Source: Octopus vulgaris
Lineage: Eukaryota
Assembly (NCBI GenBank): GCA_951406725.2
Contig: OX597824.1
Location: 87,234,001-87,298,000, forward strand
Length of the DNA stretch: 64,000 nt
Reading direction: 5' to 3'
Part shown: piece by piece, positions 12,295-24,468 of the stretch
How the letters are laid out: each line of letters begins with the position of its first letter
How positions within the stretch are numbered: the stretch's first letter is position 1
Translations under genes and position numbers: made by a program
Notes under the pieces: generated by a model
What the model saw: only the letters and a program-made list of their open reading frames with translations
Told to the model about the DNA's origin: nothing
The model's database searches: none

Positions 12295-13228
12295 GTATGT
12301 ATATATATATGAGGGAGAGAAACAAAAAAAAATCTATCAATGATAAGGGTGATGAAAAAGAAAGTGGATAATGAAAAGAAGATAAGACGAGAAGAAAAAT
12401 TTATATAAAAAAAAACAGAAAAGAATTAATATAAAAAAAAAGAATAATGAAAACTAACAGTAAATCAGTAAAAACAAACTAAAAAATAAAGGAAAGTAAG
12501 AAACAAATACAAATATATTTAAATAAAAAAACCAAAAAAGTTACTTAAAAGAGTTTTTCTCTTCTTTTAAACATTATGATAATTAGTGAAGAAATAAAAT
12601 TACTACCCAAAGGACATCGTTAATGATTAAACTAAAGTGAAAGTCTTGTGAACTTCAATGGCTTCTCATTAGAACTGACCACTGTTAAACATTGTGAAAA
12701 TTTCAGTGAGAGTAGCAAATTTAATTAGGAGAAGAATTTTTTATGCATTGGCACAGGCATGGCTGTGTGGTTAAGGAGATCACTTTATAATCGTATGGTC
12801 TCAGGTTCAGTCCTACTGTAGAGCACCTTGGACATTTACTACCATAGCCCTGAGCCGACCAATTTATTGCTAATGAATTTGGAAAAAAGAAACTCAAAGA
12901 AGTCGGTTGTGTATGTGCATGTATGTATGTATAAATGCATTAGGAAGGGCATCCAGCCATAGAAATCAAACCAAATCAAACTGGAGCCTGGTACAGCTCT
13001 CTGGCTAGCAGTCCTAAAAGAATATTTGATCTAAGTTCTTGATTTTGATTGTTTAAGCAGCAGTAGCCAAGGAAGGAGGCAGTAAAGAAGAAGAATACGG
13101 GAACGGTATGACAGTAGAAGGATGTTGGTGGAATCCTCTTAAATGGTCAAGTGATCTAAATGTGACCTGTTGCGATTATAATAGTAGTGATTGTTCTGAA
13201 TATATCATTTTTAATAATTGCGTGGGAA

Positions 13229-13960
13229 TTATTCTAAAGCCCTTGTAGCAGTGTCATTTGTGGTGGACACATTCAAAAGGGGTTTATATTTTGTGATAAT
13301 ATATGACTCTATATTAATGCGCTGACTACAGGTTGCATCATCCCTGAATTTATAGAGGGAGAAAATTCTGAAGCTGGGTTGTTCATTAGTGGCGCAAATG
13401 TCGATGTGCTCACTAAATGCTGTTTTTCTGTATTCCTGAATTTTGATCTGGGATGTGTGTAGAGTCATCCTTCGATGTAAACTGTTTTTGGTTCGGCCTA
13501 TGTATTGCTCTCGACACCCTAAGCAACTTAATACATATATTAGGTTTTCCAAAACACATCTAAAGTTGTTTTTCACTGTAAAACGTTGACCTGGTTTGAA
13601 AGAGAACTCTGATTCCTTAATTAGGTTGACACATATACCAGTTAGGTCTTACGCATTATTTTTACTGATGGCTTCAGTGTTATTGCTGAGTGTACTCGGG
13701 CTTGTGTTAGGAGATTTTTCATAGATTTGGGTTGTCTTTTGTTCTTTATGAAGGTGTGTGTTTGGAGGATTAAATTCTTTCTGTGGCACTTTTTTAGTAG
13801 TTCAGAGGATGGTGTCGAAGGCTTCATTGTTAGGGAGGTTGTGTGTGGAGAAGTATGGTAGAGCTTTTGGTTGTAAATCCTTCTTTAGTTTGGGGTGTCT
13901 GGGTTTGTGGATGTTGAGTTGTAGGGCACACTGAAAGCCTATATCAAGTAATGATACAAG
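13229..13960 (-). mobile_element. Penelope-like retroelement remnant: GIY-YIG endonuclease plus frameshifted linker
   Basis: ORF 13229-13576 NLIYVLSCLGCREQYIGRT...R...H...H...E...KPLLN; upstream frame has KRQPKSMKNLL. Confidence 0.85.
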
Positions 13961-13977
13961 CTAATTGATATATAGGC

Positions 13978-14098
13978 TTTTCCAGGAAGAGATGGAGTAA
14001 ATGTTCAGCATCTTTTGTGCTGTCTGTGAAGAGCACTGTCGTCAGCATAATCAGCATCAATCAAGTAGAGATGACCAGATATCTTCTGCTTCTGGACT
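13978..14098 (-). mobile_element. Degraded RTE-like LINE reverse-transcriptase fragment
   Basis: Minus strand encodes ...SRR...LIDADYADDSAL... (YADD motif in RTE context). Confidence 0.6.
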
Positions 14099-14677
14099 TC
14101 CATAAAGTGAAGCTTATGAATAATTGAATAATAATAAGCTTGAAGTTGCCATCAGGTTGTATTCATAACCTGACTTTGTTTTGAATCCCAAATAAAACTA
14201 TACCAAGTCAGATTCACTGTTAAAGCCGTTGGGAAAAACAATAAAACTCCAACATTCCAATTTTCTCCTCATAAATCTCGATAAGAAGCAAACAGTCAGC
14301 ATACTTGCATCCCTAAGTGGTTAATCCAGATTGTATTTCCAATTAATATTGTCAATTATTCATATTTTCGTGGCTGACTTGTTTGAAGCTTTACTCAGGA
14401 ACACAAATGCAACCAAAAGACATTACCCCAGATATTTCTGTCAATAAGTACCACGACTGGTTCACAAGTGTGGCTGTTGTGGTGGTGGTTAAGATGTTTG
14501 CTCCCCAATCATATGGTTTTGGGGTCATTCCCACTATGTGGCATTTTGGGCAAGTGCCTTCTACCACGATAGCCACAAATCAATCAAAAGTCTGTGAGTG
14601 AATTTTGTAGATGGAAACTGAAAAATATATATATATATATATCACCATCTAACATCTGTCATCCATGCTTGCATGGG

Positions 14678-14713
<36 letters not shown>

Positions 14714-14719
14714 CCCATG

Positions 14720-14758
<39 letters not shown>

Positions 14759-14924
14759 GAATTTAGCCCTAGGAAGCATCGACGCTTCCTGTCGAGAGAG
14801 AGAGAGAGAGACCGGCTATTTAGCCCTAGGAAGCATCGACGCTTCCTGTCGGCCTTGATGCATTTCCTGTGTCCTTATGTTTACAAAGGGGAGACAAGCA
14901 CCCCTAACAACTAAGCCTGCATCC

Positions 14925-14958
<34 letters not shown>

Positions 14959-14961
<3 letters not shown>

Positions 14962-15262
14962 GAGGCACATGGCCTAGTAGTTAGAGCAGCGGACTTGCGG
15001 TCGAGGAATCGCGGGTTCGAATCTCAGACCAGGCAATGTGTGTGTTTATGAGCGAAACACCTAAGCTCCACGCAGCCCCGGCAGAAGGTAATAGCGAACT
15101 TCTGCTGGCTCTTTCGCCAAAACTTTCTCTCATTCTTTCCTCCTGCATCTTGCAGCTCACCTGCGAAGGACCGGCGTTCCATCCAAGTGGGGAACCTATA
15201 TGCCAAGGAAACCAGGAAACCGGTCCTTATGACCCGGGCGTGGCTCAAGAAGGAACAAACAA
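14959..15262 (+). mobile_element. Full-length tRNA-headed SINE-C
   Basis: Pol III A/B boxes; homologous to 8915-9183; (AACA) tail. Confidence 0.85.
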
Positions 15263-15360
15263 TATATATATCTTTTACCTTTTACTTGTTTCAGTCATTG
15301 GACTGCAGCCAATGAAGGGTTTTTGATAAAAGAACCAACCCCAGTACTCATTTTTAAGCC

Positions 15361-15720
15361 TGGTTCAAATTCCGCCGAGGTCAACCTTGCTTTTCATCCT
15401 TTCAGGGTCGATAAATTAAGTACCGGTTACGCACTGGGGTCGATATAATCGACTTAATCTGTTTGTCCTTGTTTGTCCCTTCTATGTTTAGCCCCTTGGG
15501 AGCAATAAAGAAATAAGAAACGTTAGCACACCGGGTGACATGCTTAGCGGTATTTCGTTTGCCGTTACGTTCTGAGTTCAAATTCTGCCGAGGTCAACTT
15601 TGCCTTTCATCCTTTCAGGGTCGATAAATTAAGTACCAGTTATGCACTGAGGTCAATGTAATCGACTTAATCTCTTTGTCTGTCCTTGTTTGTCCCCTTG
15701 TGAGCAATAAAGAAATACGA
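15361..15720 (+). mobile_element. SINE-B tandem partial dimer
   Basis: Two GTTCAAATTC..TTTCATCCTTTCAGGGTCGATAAATTAAGTACC units. Confidence 0.8.
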
Positions 15721-15960
15721 AACACTAGCATCGCTCTGTTCAAGTTCATAAATTTTAACAAGAAAACCCTATCAACTACAAAAATATTTGCTTCAATAAT
15801 TCATATATGTCAAAATCTGCGGAACTGAATTACCAACCTATGATAGAACAGAAAATATAATACCAATTTCATTTTCCTTTTAAAAAAAAATGAAATATAT
15901 AAAACACCCAAAAGACCAGAAATTCTTCCATAATTCTTGTTGATTTTTATTTAAATATAT

Positions 15961-16385
15961 CTCTTACTCTTTTACTCTTTTACTTGTTTCAGTCATTTGA
16001 CTGCGGCCATGCTGGAGCACCGCCTTTAGTCGAGCAAATCGACCCCGGGACTTATTCTTTGTAAGCCCAGTACTTATTCTATCGGTCTCTTTTGCCGAAC
16101 CGCTAAGTGACGGGGACGTAAATATACCAGCCAGCATCGGTTGTCAAGCAATGTTAGGGGGACAAACACAGACACACAAACACATACACACACATACATA
16201 TATATATATATATACATATATACGACAGGCTTCTTTCAGTTTCCGTCTACCAAATCCACTCACAAGGCATTGGTTGGCCCGGGGCTATAGCAGAAGACAC
16301 TTGCCCAAGATGCCACGCAGTGGGACTGAACCCGGAACCATGTGGTTGGTTAGCAAGCTACTTACCACACAGCCACTCCTGCGCC
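15961..16385 (-). mobile_element. Full-length SINE-A
   Basis: Head to tail match with other copies. Confidence 0.9.
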
Positions 16386-16694
16386 TCTTGTTGATTTTAC
16401 TTGTCTTTCTCTCATCACTACAAAAAATTTCTCCGGAGATGTTTCTCTGTTTTTACAATCCAGCAGCAATGAAATCCAAGAAGCAATAAGTTTGTACTTA
16501 AAACAAGGAAACAAGAGAATGGTAAGCAGAGATTTCAGATGTAAAATCCACCACCACCACCACTACCATCCTCATTCTTTTCTATTTATTTTTCGATTTC
16601 CTTTCAGACAATGGATTCTTTCCACCATCTAAAATAGCTATTCAAACCAAAAATCTTGTGATAATTAAAAACATTTCTAACGACTATGAAGAGA

Positions 16695-17652
16695 AACAAA
16701 TTAGCTTGCTAGTAGAAGTTGACTTTTAATTAATGCAAATCTAATCAAAAACGACTTGTCTGGATCCTAGAATTTATGTCCTGGCATTTTCCAATTCGGT
16801 TTCCTTCAAGTAAGACTAATTTTATAATACAATAGTTAATATTTATGGAACAGTCACATATTTAGTTATATGAAGAGGGTGTCCTTTTGGATTTACTCTT
16901 TTACTTGTTTCAGTCATTTGACTGCGGCCATGCTGGAGCACCGCCTTTAGTCGAGCAAATCGACCCCGGGACTTATTCTTTGTAAGCCCAGTACTTATTC
17001 TATCGGTCTCTTTTTGCCGAACCGCTAAGTGACGGGGACGTAAACACACCAGCATCGGTTGTCAAGCAATGCTAGGGGGGACAAACACAGACACACAAAC
17101 ACACATATATATATATATACATACATATATACGACAGGCTTCTTTCAGTTTCCGTCTACCAAATCTACTCACAAGGCATTGGTCGGCCCGGGGCTATAGC
17201 AGAAGACACTTGCCCAAGATGCCACGCAGTGGGACTGAACCCGGAACCATGTGGTTGGTTAGCAAGCTACTTACCACACAGCCACGACGGGCTTCTTTTA
17301 GTTTCTGTCTACCAAATCCACTCACAAGGCATTGGTCGGCCCGGGGCTATAGCAGAAGACACTTGCCCAAGATGCCACGCAGTGGGACTGAACCCGGAAC
17401 CATGTGGTTGGTTAGCAAGCTACTTACCACACAGCCACTCCTGCGCTATTTTAACAAATTAGCTTGCTAGTAGAAGTTGACTTTTAATTAATGCAAATCT
17501 AATCAAAAACGACTTGTCTGGATCCTACAATTTATGTCCTGGCATTTTCCAATTCGGCTTCCTTCAAGTAAGACTGATTTTATAATACAATAGTTAATAT
17601 TTATGGAACAGTCACATGCTTATGTATAAGAAGCGAGTGTCCTCATGGATTT
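16695..17652. repeat. 200-bp direct repeats (16695-16894, 17453-17652) flanking a SINE-A with duplicated head (16894-17446, minus)
   Basis: Direct sequence comparison. Confidence 0.85.
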
Positions 17653-17962
17653 GATTGCTAATTTTAGTTGGGTGTTGCTAAGTAATATTTCCTATTGTGG
17701 CATTGTATTTCAGTCCATATACAATAGTGTCAGAGCTGTATTATCCCACTAGAATCACCAGGGTGCCGACTTAACCACAGAAAGGATAAAGGTCTGCATT
17801 CCACAACCAGGCATAGCTGTGCGGTTAAGAAGTTTGCTTCCCAACCATAAGGGTCCAGGTTCAGTCCCACTGCAAGGCACCATGAGCAAGTGTTTTTTAC
17901 AATAACCATAAGAGAAACCAAAGTCTTAGGAGTGGATTTAACAGATAGAAACTGAAAGAAGC

Positions 17963-18000
<38 letters not shown>

Positions 18001-18097
18001 ATCTAAACATGAAAACACAAAGAGAAAACACAGCAACGCGAGGACGTGGAACAAATATAGTATTATTGGACGCTCAGGAAGGAAGGGAAGAAGGAGG

Positions 18098-18132
18098 GTT
18101 TAACGTTTCGAGCAGAGCTCTTCGTCAGAAAC
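18098..18132 (-). ncRNA. Minimal hammerhead motif (family H1)
   Basis: GUUU-CUGACGA-A-GAGC-UCU-GCUC-GAAA-CGUU-AAAC. Confidence 0.8.
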
Positions 18133-18213
18133 ATAGGAGAAGGAAAGATCCAGAGAAGGGAAGACAGAGGAAAAAAAATTGCCAACGGTACACACGCGGT
18201 CACATTTTGAATG

Positions 18214-18250
<37 letters not shown>

Positions 18251-18295
18251 GCTTCTTTACATTTGACAGATATTTGTCCTCATTTGTTTGTTGTT

Positions 18296-18342
18296 AACAC
18301 AACGTTTCAGCTGATATACCCTCCAGCCTTCTTCAGGTGTCT
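18296..18342 (-). ncRNA. Minimal hammerhead motif (family H2)
   Basis: GACAC-CUGAAGA-A-GGCUG-GAGGGUAUAU-CAGCU-GAAA-CGUU-GUGUU. Confidence 0.75.
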
Positions 18343-20190
18343 ATGGGCATATGGCATAATGGTTAACCACCTTTTATCAATTCAACAATAAAAAAATTAA
18401 ATATAAGATAAAAACATATACCAATGATTGTAATGTACAAAATAATAAGTACATGTATATATACGAATTATATACGTTTTATTTATTATTTTGTACATAT
18501 ATATATAATATAAATTTATGTGTGTGTATATTTGTGTGTCTATGTTTGTGCCCCCACCATCGCTTGACAGCTGATATTGGTACATTTACATCCTCGTAAC
18601 TTAACGGTTCAGCAAAAAAAAAAATCAATAGAATAAGTACTAGGCATGCAAAGAATAAGTCCTGGGGTCAATTAGTTCGACTAAAGGCGGTGCTCCAGCA
18701 TGGCCGCAGTCAAATGACTGAAACAAGTAAAAGAAAACACACACATATATACACATACACACATATATACATATATATATAAACACACATACATACATAT
18801 ATATACACATATATAATATTTGTAATTTCTCCCTGATATGCAGCTGGCATTAAATGATAATCATAAAAGGAAAGAAGGAATGATGGTGCTGTGGACACGC
18901 CACTCCGCATCACAGAGAAACTAGGGTTGTGAAGTTGGTACACAAAAGCTCAAACTTCAACTAATCACTCCATGGTACCATCAACAGTGACTCATCTATT
19001 CATAATTAGATTCATATTTCTTTTGAGAGAAAGCTCACACAATAACACATGGCCAACGTGAATCATCATATTCCTTTTTAGCACCCTAACCTGTAATAAG
19101 TTGTGGCTCTTTTCATTATTATTCATCCGAACTGTCATTGATCACCCACTCCTACTTTGCCATGAAATCATTTCTCCTTCCCTCCACCAAATGTGTCACT
19201 CTCCTCACATACTGCTCCTGCCTCTCTCTTCCCCATCCACTCCCCCGCAACATACCCAATAGCATGTCATCTTTTGTCCTTCTCCCGCTTACTGTATCAT
19301 CGCTTGTAATCTGCTGCTCCCCTGCACTACAATCAGCTGGCTCTTACTACCCCCAACTCGCTCCTGGTACCTCAGCCCCCATCCTACCCACCTTGTACCC
19401 GACACCTCATTGCTCCGGCCACTTTGACACCTCATCACCACTTTTTCTATCACTTACCAATTCCACCCCCTCCATATGTATATATATGTGTGTGTATATG
19501 TTTGTGTGTCTGTGTTTGTCCCCCAACATTGCTTGACAACCAATGATGGTGTGTTTACGTCCCCGTAACTTAGTGGTTCAGCAAAAGAGATTGATAGAAT
19601 AAGTACTAGGCTTACAAAGAATAAATCAAGGGGTCGATTTCTTTGACTAAAGGTGGTGCTCCAGCATGGCCGCAGTCAAATGAGTGAAACAAGTAAAAGA
19701 GTAAATAAGTAACTGTAGAAACCATGCCACATGGAACATGTAGTTCTTGGACTCATTGGATCGTGTTAAACCATCCAAACCATGTTAGCACAGAACATGG
19801 ATGTTAAATGATGATCATGATTAAAGAAGTTACAAATAAATAAGCATAAAACAAAACTCGGAAAATTTTTTAAAAGAGGTTGTTTTTTTTTTTATCTAAA
19901 GGCTAAAAAAAAATAAAAAGATATAAAAGAAATAAACTGTAAAAGAAACTATAAAAGAAAACCAGAAACATTGTTAGCAATTAAAAAAATCTGAAGTACA
20001 TTATTCGCATTAAAACCAAAACAGTGAACCACCTAAAGCAAATTTAGAAACAACCATTTTAAGAGAGAAAAAAACTCAATTAAACACGGAAATATTTCTT
20101 TTTGCGATGAAAACATTGTTTGAAATTTTAAGAGATTATGTTACAATTTACATTTAATCAGAATCAGATTGGGAACATTTTTATCCGGAT

Positions 20191-20693
20191 GGTGACACAT
20201 AAAAAGCACCATCCAATCGTGGCCGATTGCCGGCCTTGTCTGGCACCTGTGCCGGTGGCACGTAAAAAGCACCATCTGATCGTGGCCGATTGCCAGCCTC
20301 ATCTGGCACCTGTGCCGGTGGCACGTAAAAAGCACCATCCGATCGTGGCCGTTTGCCAGCCTCGCCTGGCACCTGTGCCGGTGGCACATAAAAAGCACCA
20401 TCCGATCATGGCTGATTACCAGCCTCGTCTGGCACCTGTGCCGGTGGCACGTAAAAAGCACCAGCCGATCGTGGTCGATTGCCAGCCTCGTCTGGCACCC
20501 GTGCCGGTGGCAAGTAAAAAGCACCCACTACACTCATGGAGTGGTTGGCGTTAGGAAGGGCATCCAGCCGTAGAAACACTGCCAGATCAGACTGGGCCTG
20601 GTGCAGCCTCCTGGCTTCCCAGATCCCGTTGAACCATCCAACCCATGCTAGCATGGAAAGCGGACACTAAACGATGATGATGATGATGATGAT
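20191..20693 (+). mobile_element. RTE-tailed SINE-like element with 5+ tandem 63-bp units
   Basis: AAAAAGCACC recurs at 20201, 20264, 20327...; 21-aa periodic ORF; (GAT)n tail. Confidence 0.9.
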
Positions 20694-21009
20694 TCCAGTA
20701 ACCCAATGACTCCTTCCAACACTGGCACTGAACCCCAACTCCACAACCCTGAAGAAAACCATCTTGGACGGCAGTTGCTCCAAATAAAAACTAATACAGA
20801 ATTAGCCTTACTGTAGAGAGCCCCTCTAGTGCTGGTGTTACAATAAAATATATTGGTTATAATGGAGAAAAAAATATGGATGTAGAAAGGATGACAATGA
20901 TGACGATGTTGATGACGACAACAACAATGATGATGATGATGATGATGATAATGACCTTATTCAAACACCTTCATTTGGAACACGTATGCATTGATGTATA
21001 TAGAATTAA

Positions 21010-21416
21010 CCTTTTCGTTACCAACCTGACTGAAACCGGCTCTGGCTCTGTAGTACAAATGTCTTGTTTTCATAAATTTTGAATTAAAATCTTCCACCAA
21101 ACTTTAGTCACAATTTATGTTCCTAATACTAGCTTAATGATAACCAAGTTATTTTACTAAATTCTTTGTAATATTTAAAATTAATGGAAAGAAACACAGA
21201 GCACCTCAAATGGCTGAAACTGGCTCTGGCTGTGTAGTACAAATGTCTTGTTTTCATAAGTTTGGAACTAAAATCTTCCACCAAACCTTAAGTCACAATT
21301 TATGTTCCTAACACTAGCTGAATGATAACTAAGTTATTTTGCTAAACTCTTTGTTATATTTAAAATTAATGGAAAGAAACACAGAGCATCTCAAAATAAA
21401 TACAGTAACGAAAGGG
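21010..21416 (+). mobile_element. TTAA MITE family A, dimeric form
   Basis: TTAA on both sides; same internal junction as 9694-10088. Confidence 0.85.
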
Positions 21417-21768
21417 TTAAAACATCTCTTGATATTTACTATACAGTAACAGATGTTACAGAACAGATTTAGCAAGTGGATGTGGAATAAGATGATGACA
21501 ATGATAATAATGATGCTGATGGCAGAAACAAAGAAACTAAGAACAATGCTGACTTGAAACAATGGTGATGGAATACTAAAGATGACAATGGCAACGTTTC
21601 TGGGGATGTTTTATTGTTCTTTTTTTTTTTTTTTTATATATAAACTGTATTAATTTGCAGATGCAAACAGGGAACTGAGAGAACTTTTGAGAAATAGAAC
21701 CCGCTGCAGCTTGAAACTGTCTAAAATATAAATGGAAAACAAGAACATAATGTTAAACAAGAATATTC

Positions 21769-21931
21769 GGCACAGGAGTGGCTATGTGGTAAGTAGCTTG
21801 CTTACCAACCACATGGTTCCGGGTTCATTCCCACTGCATGGCACCTTGGGCAAGTGTCTTCTACTATAGACTTTGTCTGACCAAAGCCTTTTGAGTGGAT
21901 TTGGTAGACAGAAACTGAAAGAAGCCCGCCG

Positions 21932-21964
<33 letters not shown>

Positions 21965-22174
21965 ATGTGTATATGCTTGTCCCCCAACATTGCTTGACAA
22001 CCGATGCTGGTGTGTTTACTTCCCCGTAACTTAGCGGTTCAGCAAAAAGAGACCGATCGAATAAGTACTAGGCTTACAAAGAATAAGTCCTGGGGTCGAT
22101 TTGCTCGACTAAAGCTGGTGCTCCAGCATGGCCACAGTCACATGACTGAAAACAAGTAAATGAGTAAAAGAGAG
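21769..22174 (+). mobile_element. Full-length SINE-A
   Basis: Head, internal microsatellite and tail present. Confidence 0.9.
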
Positions 22175-22700
22175 TATATAAAGTCCTAACACATTTTACA
22201 AACAATAAACTCGCACCCGCACAATCTCTGGCGATCATGTTGAGAACATACCCAATACTGCATCTCAGAGAGTAAGCCTTCTCTTCAAGTCAAGGCAATA
22301 CCTCAGCTCTGAACATCTGCTGATCTTCAACACAGTGCAAGTGTACCCACACTAGTGCACCTCACTAATATCTGAGCTAGATCAGCTGCTACTCACCAAC
22401 GGTTCTACACCAAATTAAAAAAAGAAAATCGTAATTCAACTGCTTCACCTAACTTATTACAACCACATTCTCTAACACTGTATTGCCACCCCCTCTGCTT
22501 CCTCTACCATGACCATGATAGTTCCGGCTTCTCTGAACAAGTAAGTTGTATATCATACCTACCCCGAGCCGAGCCCACTTACCTCTTTTTGATTCATCCA
22601 CTTATCCTTTTTTTCTCTCAAACATCTTTCACCTGGCCTAACGTGTTCCACCAAACACACATAGACACACACACCAAGCCTAAATCTTTGCTCCTAAAAT

Positions 22701-23112
22701 GGATCTTTTCGGTTTGAACGGCAGTTTTTTCTAGCGGTGTCATATGAAATTGTCACCCACAATTATGACCCTAGTATCGATCTATTGCACTTCAATCTGT
22801 GTTAGGGTTAGGGGTGGGGGGAAGGGTATCTTTTTTCTTCAGAAATGTAAATAAACCCAATCTGTTTCTTAAACGAGGGACATATTCATACAGCACAGAA
22901 TGTTTTTTTACCTCAATAGACGTCATTGATTGGTTGAAATTGTAGAAACTGAAGTAAAAGAAACAACAAATATCTTACAAACTATAGAATTTTCTGAAGA
23001 AAGCCAAGAGAAAAAGATGTTTTATAAACACATTCTACCAGTATACGAAGTTTAAAATTTTTTAGTTACCTAGAAATTATGTTAAAATCTGCCGTTCAAA
23101 CCGATAAGATCC
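22701..23112 (+). mobile_element. MITE with 24-bp TIRs and 8-bp TSD (Merlin-like)
   Basis: GGATCTTTTCGGTTTGAACGGCAG ... CTGCCGTTCAAACCGATAAGATCC; TSD CCTAAAAT at 22693-22700 and 23113-23120; superfamily is inference. Confidence 0.85.
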
Positions 23113-23390
23113 CCTAAAATTTACAACTTTCTGAGGTTTTCTTCCTGGTCAGGCAAACAGGTAAAAGTTTTAACAAAGATTTGTTTTATCAAGCCTCAAA
23201 GTATGAAAAGTCAAAAATAAACCCACCATGCGTTAAGGTCAAAATAGCGAGGTACTAAAATAGATAGAAATGTAATTAACAACATTATATTCTCTAAATA
23301 GTCTTGGAAAACTCAAAATTAATATTTGAGAAACTTTGGTGTATGATTTCAGTAATTACGTATTTTTCTTCTTGTTTTATCTTCCGCCCA

Positions 23391-23875
23391 GGCGTAGGAG
23401 TGGCTGTGTGGTAAGTAGCTTGCTTACCAACCATATGGTTCCAGGTCAATCCCACTGTGTGGCACCTTGGGCAAGCATCTTCTACTATAAGCCTTAGGCC
23501 GACCAAAGCCTTGTGAGTGGATTTGGTAGACGGAAACTGATAGAAGCCCCTCGTATATATGTGTGTGTATATATATATATACATACATATATATATATAT
23601 ACATATATATATACACACACACATATATACACATACACACACACACACACAGATATATATATGTATGTGTGTCTGTGTTTGTTCCCCCACCATTGCTTGA
23701 CAACCGATGCTAGTGTGTTTACGTCCCCGTAACTTAGCGTTTCGGCAAAAGACACCGACAGAATAAGTACTAGGCTGACAAAGAATAAGTCTACGGGGTC
23801 GATTTGCTCGACTGAAGGCAGTGCTCCAACATGGCCACAGTCAAAACGACTGAAACAAGTAAAAGAGTAAAAGAG
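23391..23875 (+). mobile_element. Full-length SINE-A
   Basis: Head to tail match. Confidence 0.9.
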
Positions 23876-24468
23876 CCCACTTACTCAGAATGACAATAGC
23901 TACCACATTAAGGTTGGGTTTTAATTGAAACACGACACACAAAAAGATTACTTCGATACTTCAAATTATCAATTATTTTACAGAAATTAACAGAAATCGG
24001 ATAAAAGTCCTGCTGCATCGGTTGATTCTAATCTGAGCGAACACACCTCACACCGTTGCATTAAATCAATACGTTTTTTTGAAATGTTCTTCTTAGACTG
24101 ACAGCAGACAGCAGGAACAAGGCAGTGTTGTAGATATGTCTAACCCATGCTGGTACGGCAGAGCACATATAAAAATAATGAATAACCGTTGCCGTCGTTA
24201 TGGTATACTAGGTATACTAGTATATTACCGTAATGCAAGTACATAAAACCTATAGTCGTAAATACGAAATAATCAAAAATAAAAGAAGAGAAGAGAAACA
24301 ACGCTAAACCAATATTCCTACCCTCCCACTCACTTCAAAACAAAATCAATATGAAGCTGATTGGGTAAAAATGATTGATAAAATATTCGATAAGTTCAAA
24401 TCCTATTAGAGTCAAGATTTTCATTTTTTTGTCTTTTTTGGTTGGGGATAGTGTAATGAAATAAAGTA

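Larger units (their letters stand above)
17808..18735 (+). mobile_element. SINE-A split by insertions into its internal microsatellite
   Basis: Head 17808-17968, 3' half ~18520-18735; two hammerhead-bearing repeats in between. Confidence 0.7.

Noticed and set aside
18098-18342. Cis heterodimeric double hammerhead between H1 and H2 (both have AACGUU)
   Set aside because: A dimer needs cross-pairing of stem I strands, and GUUU/GUGUU and GACAC/AAAC are not complementary
20138-20554. 138-aa ORF with 21-aa repeats
   Set aside because: Product of the 63-bp array inside a multi-copy retroelement
22801-22826. Telomere or chromosome-fusion relic
   Set aside because: Only 2-3 TTAGGG units, internal to a MITE
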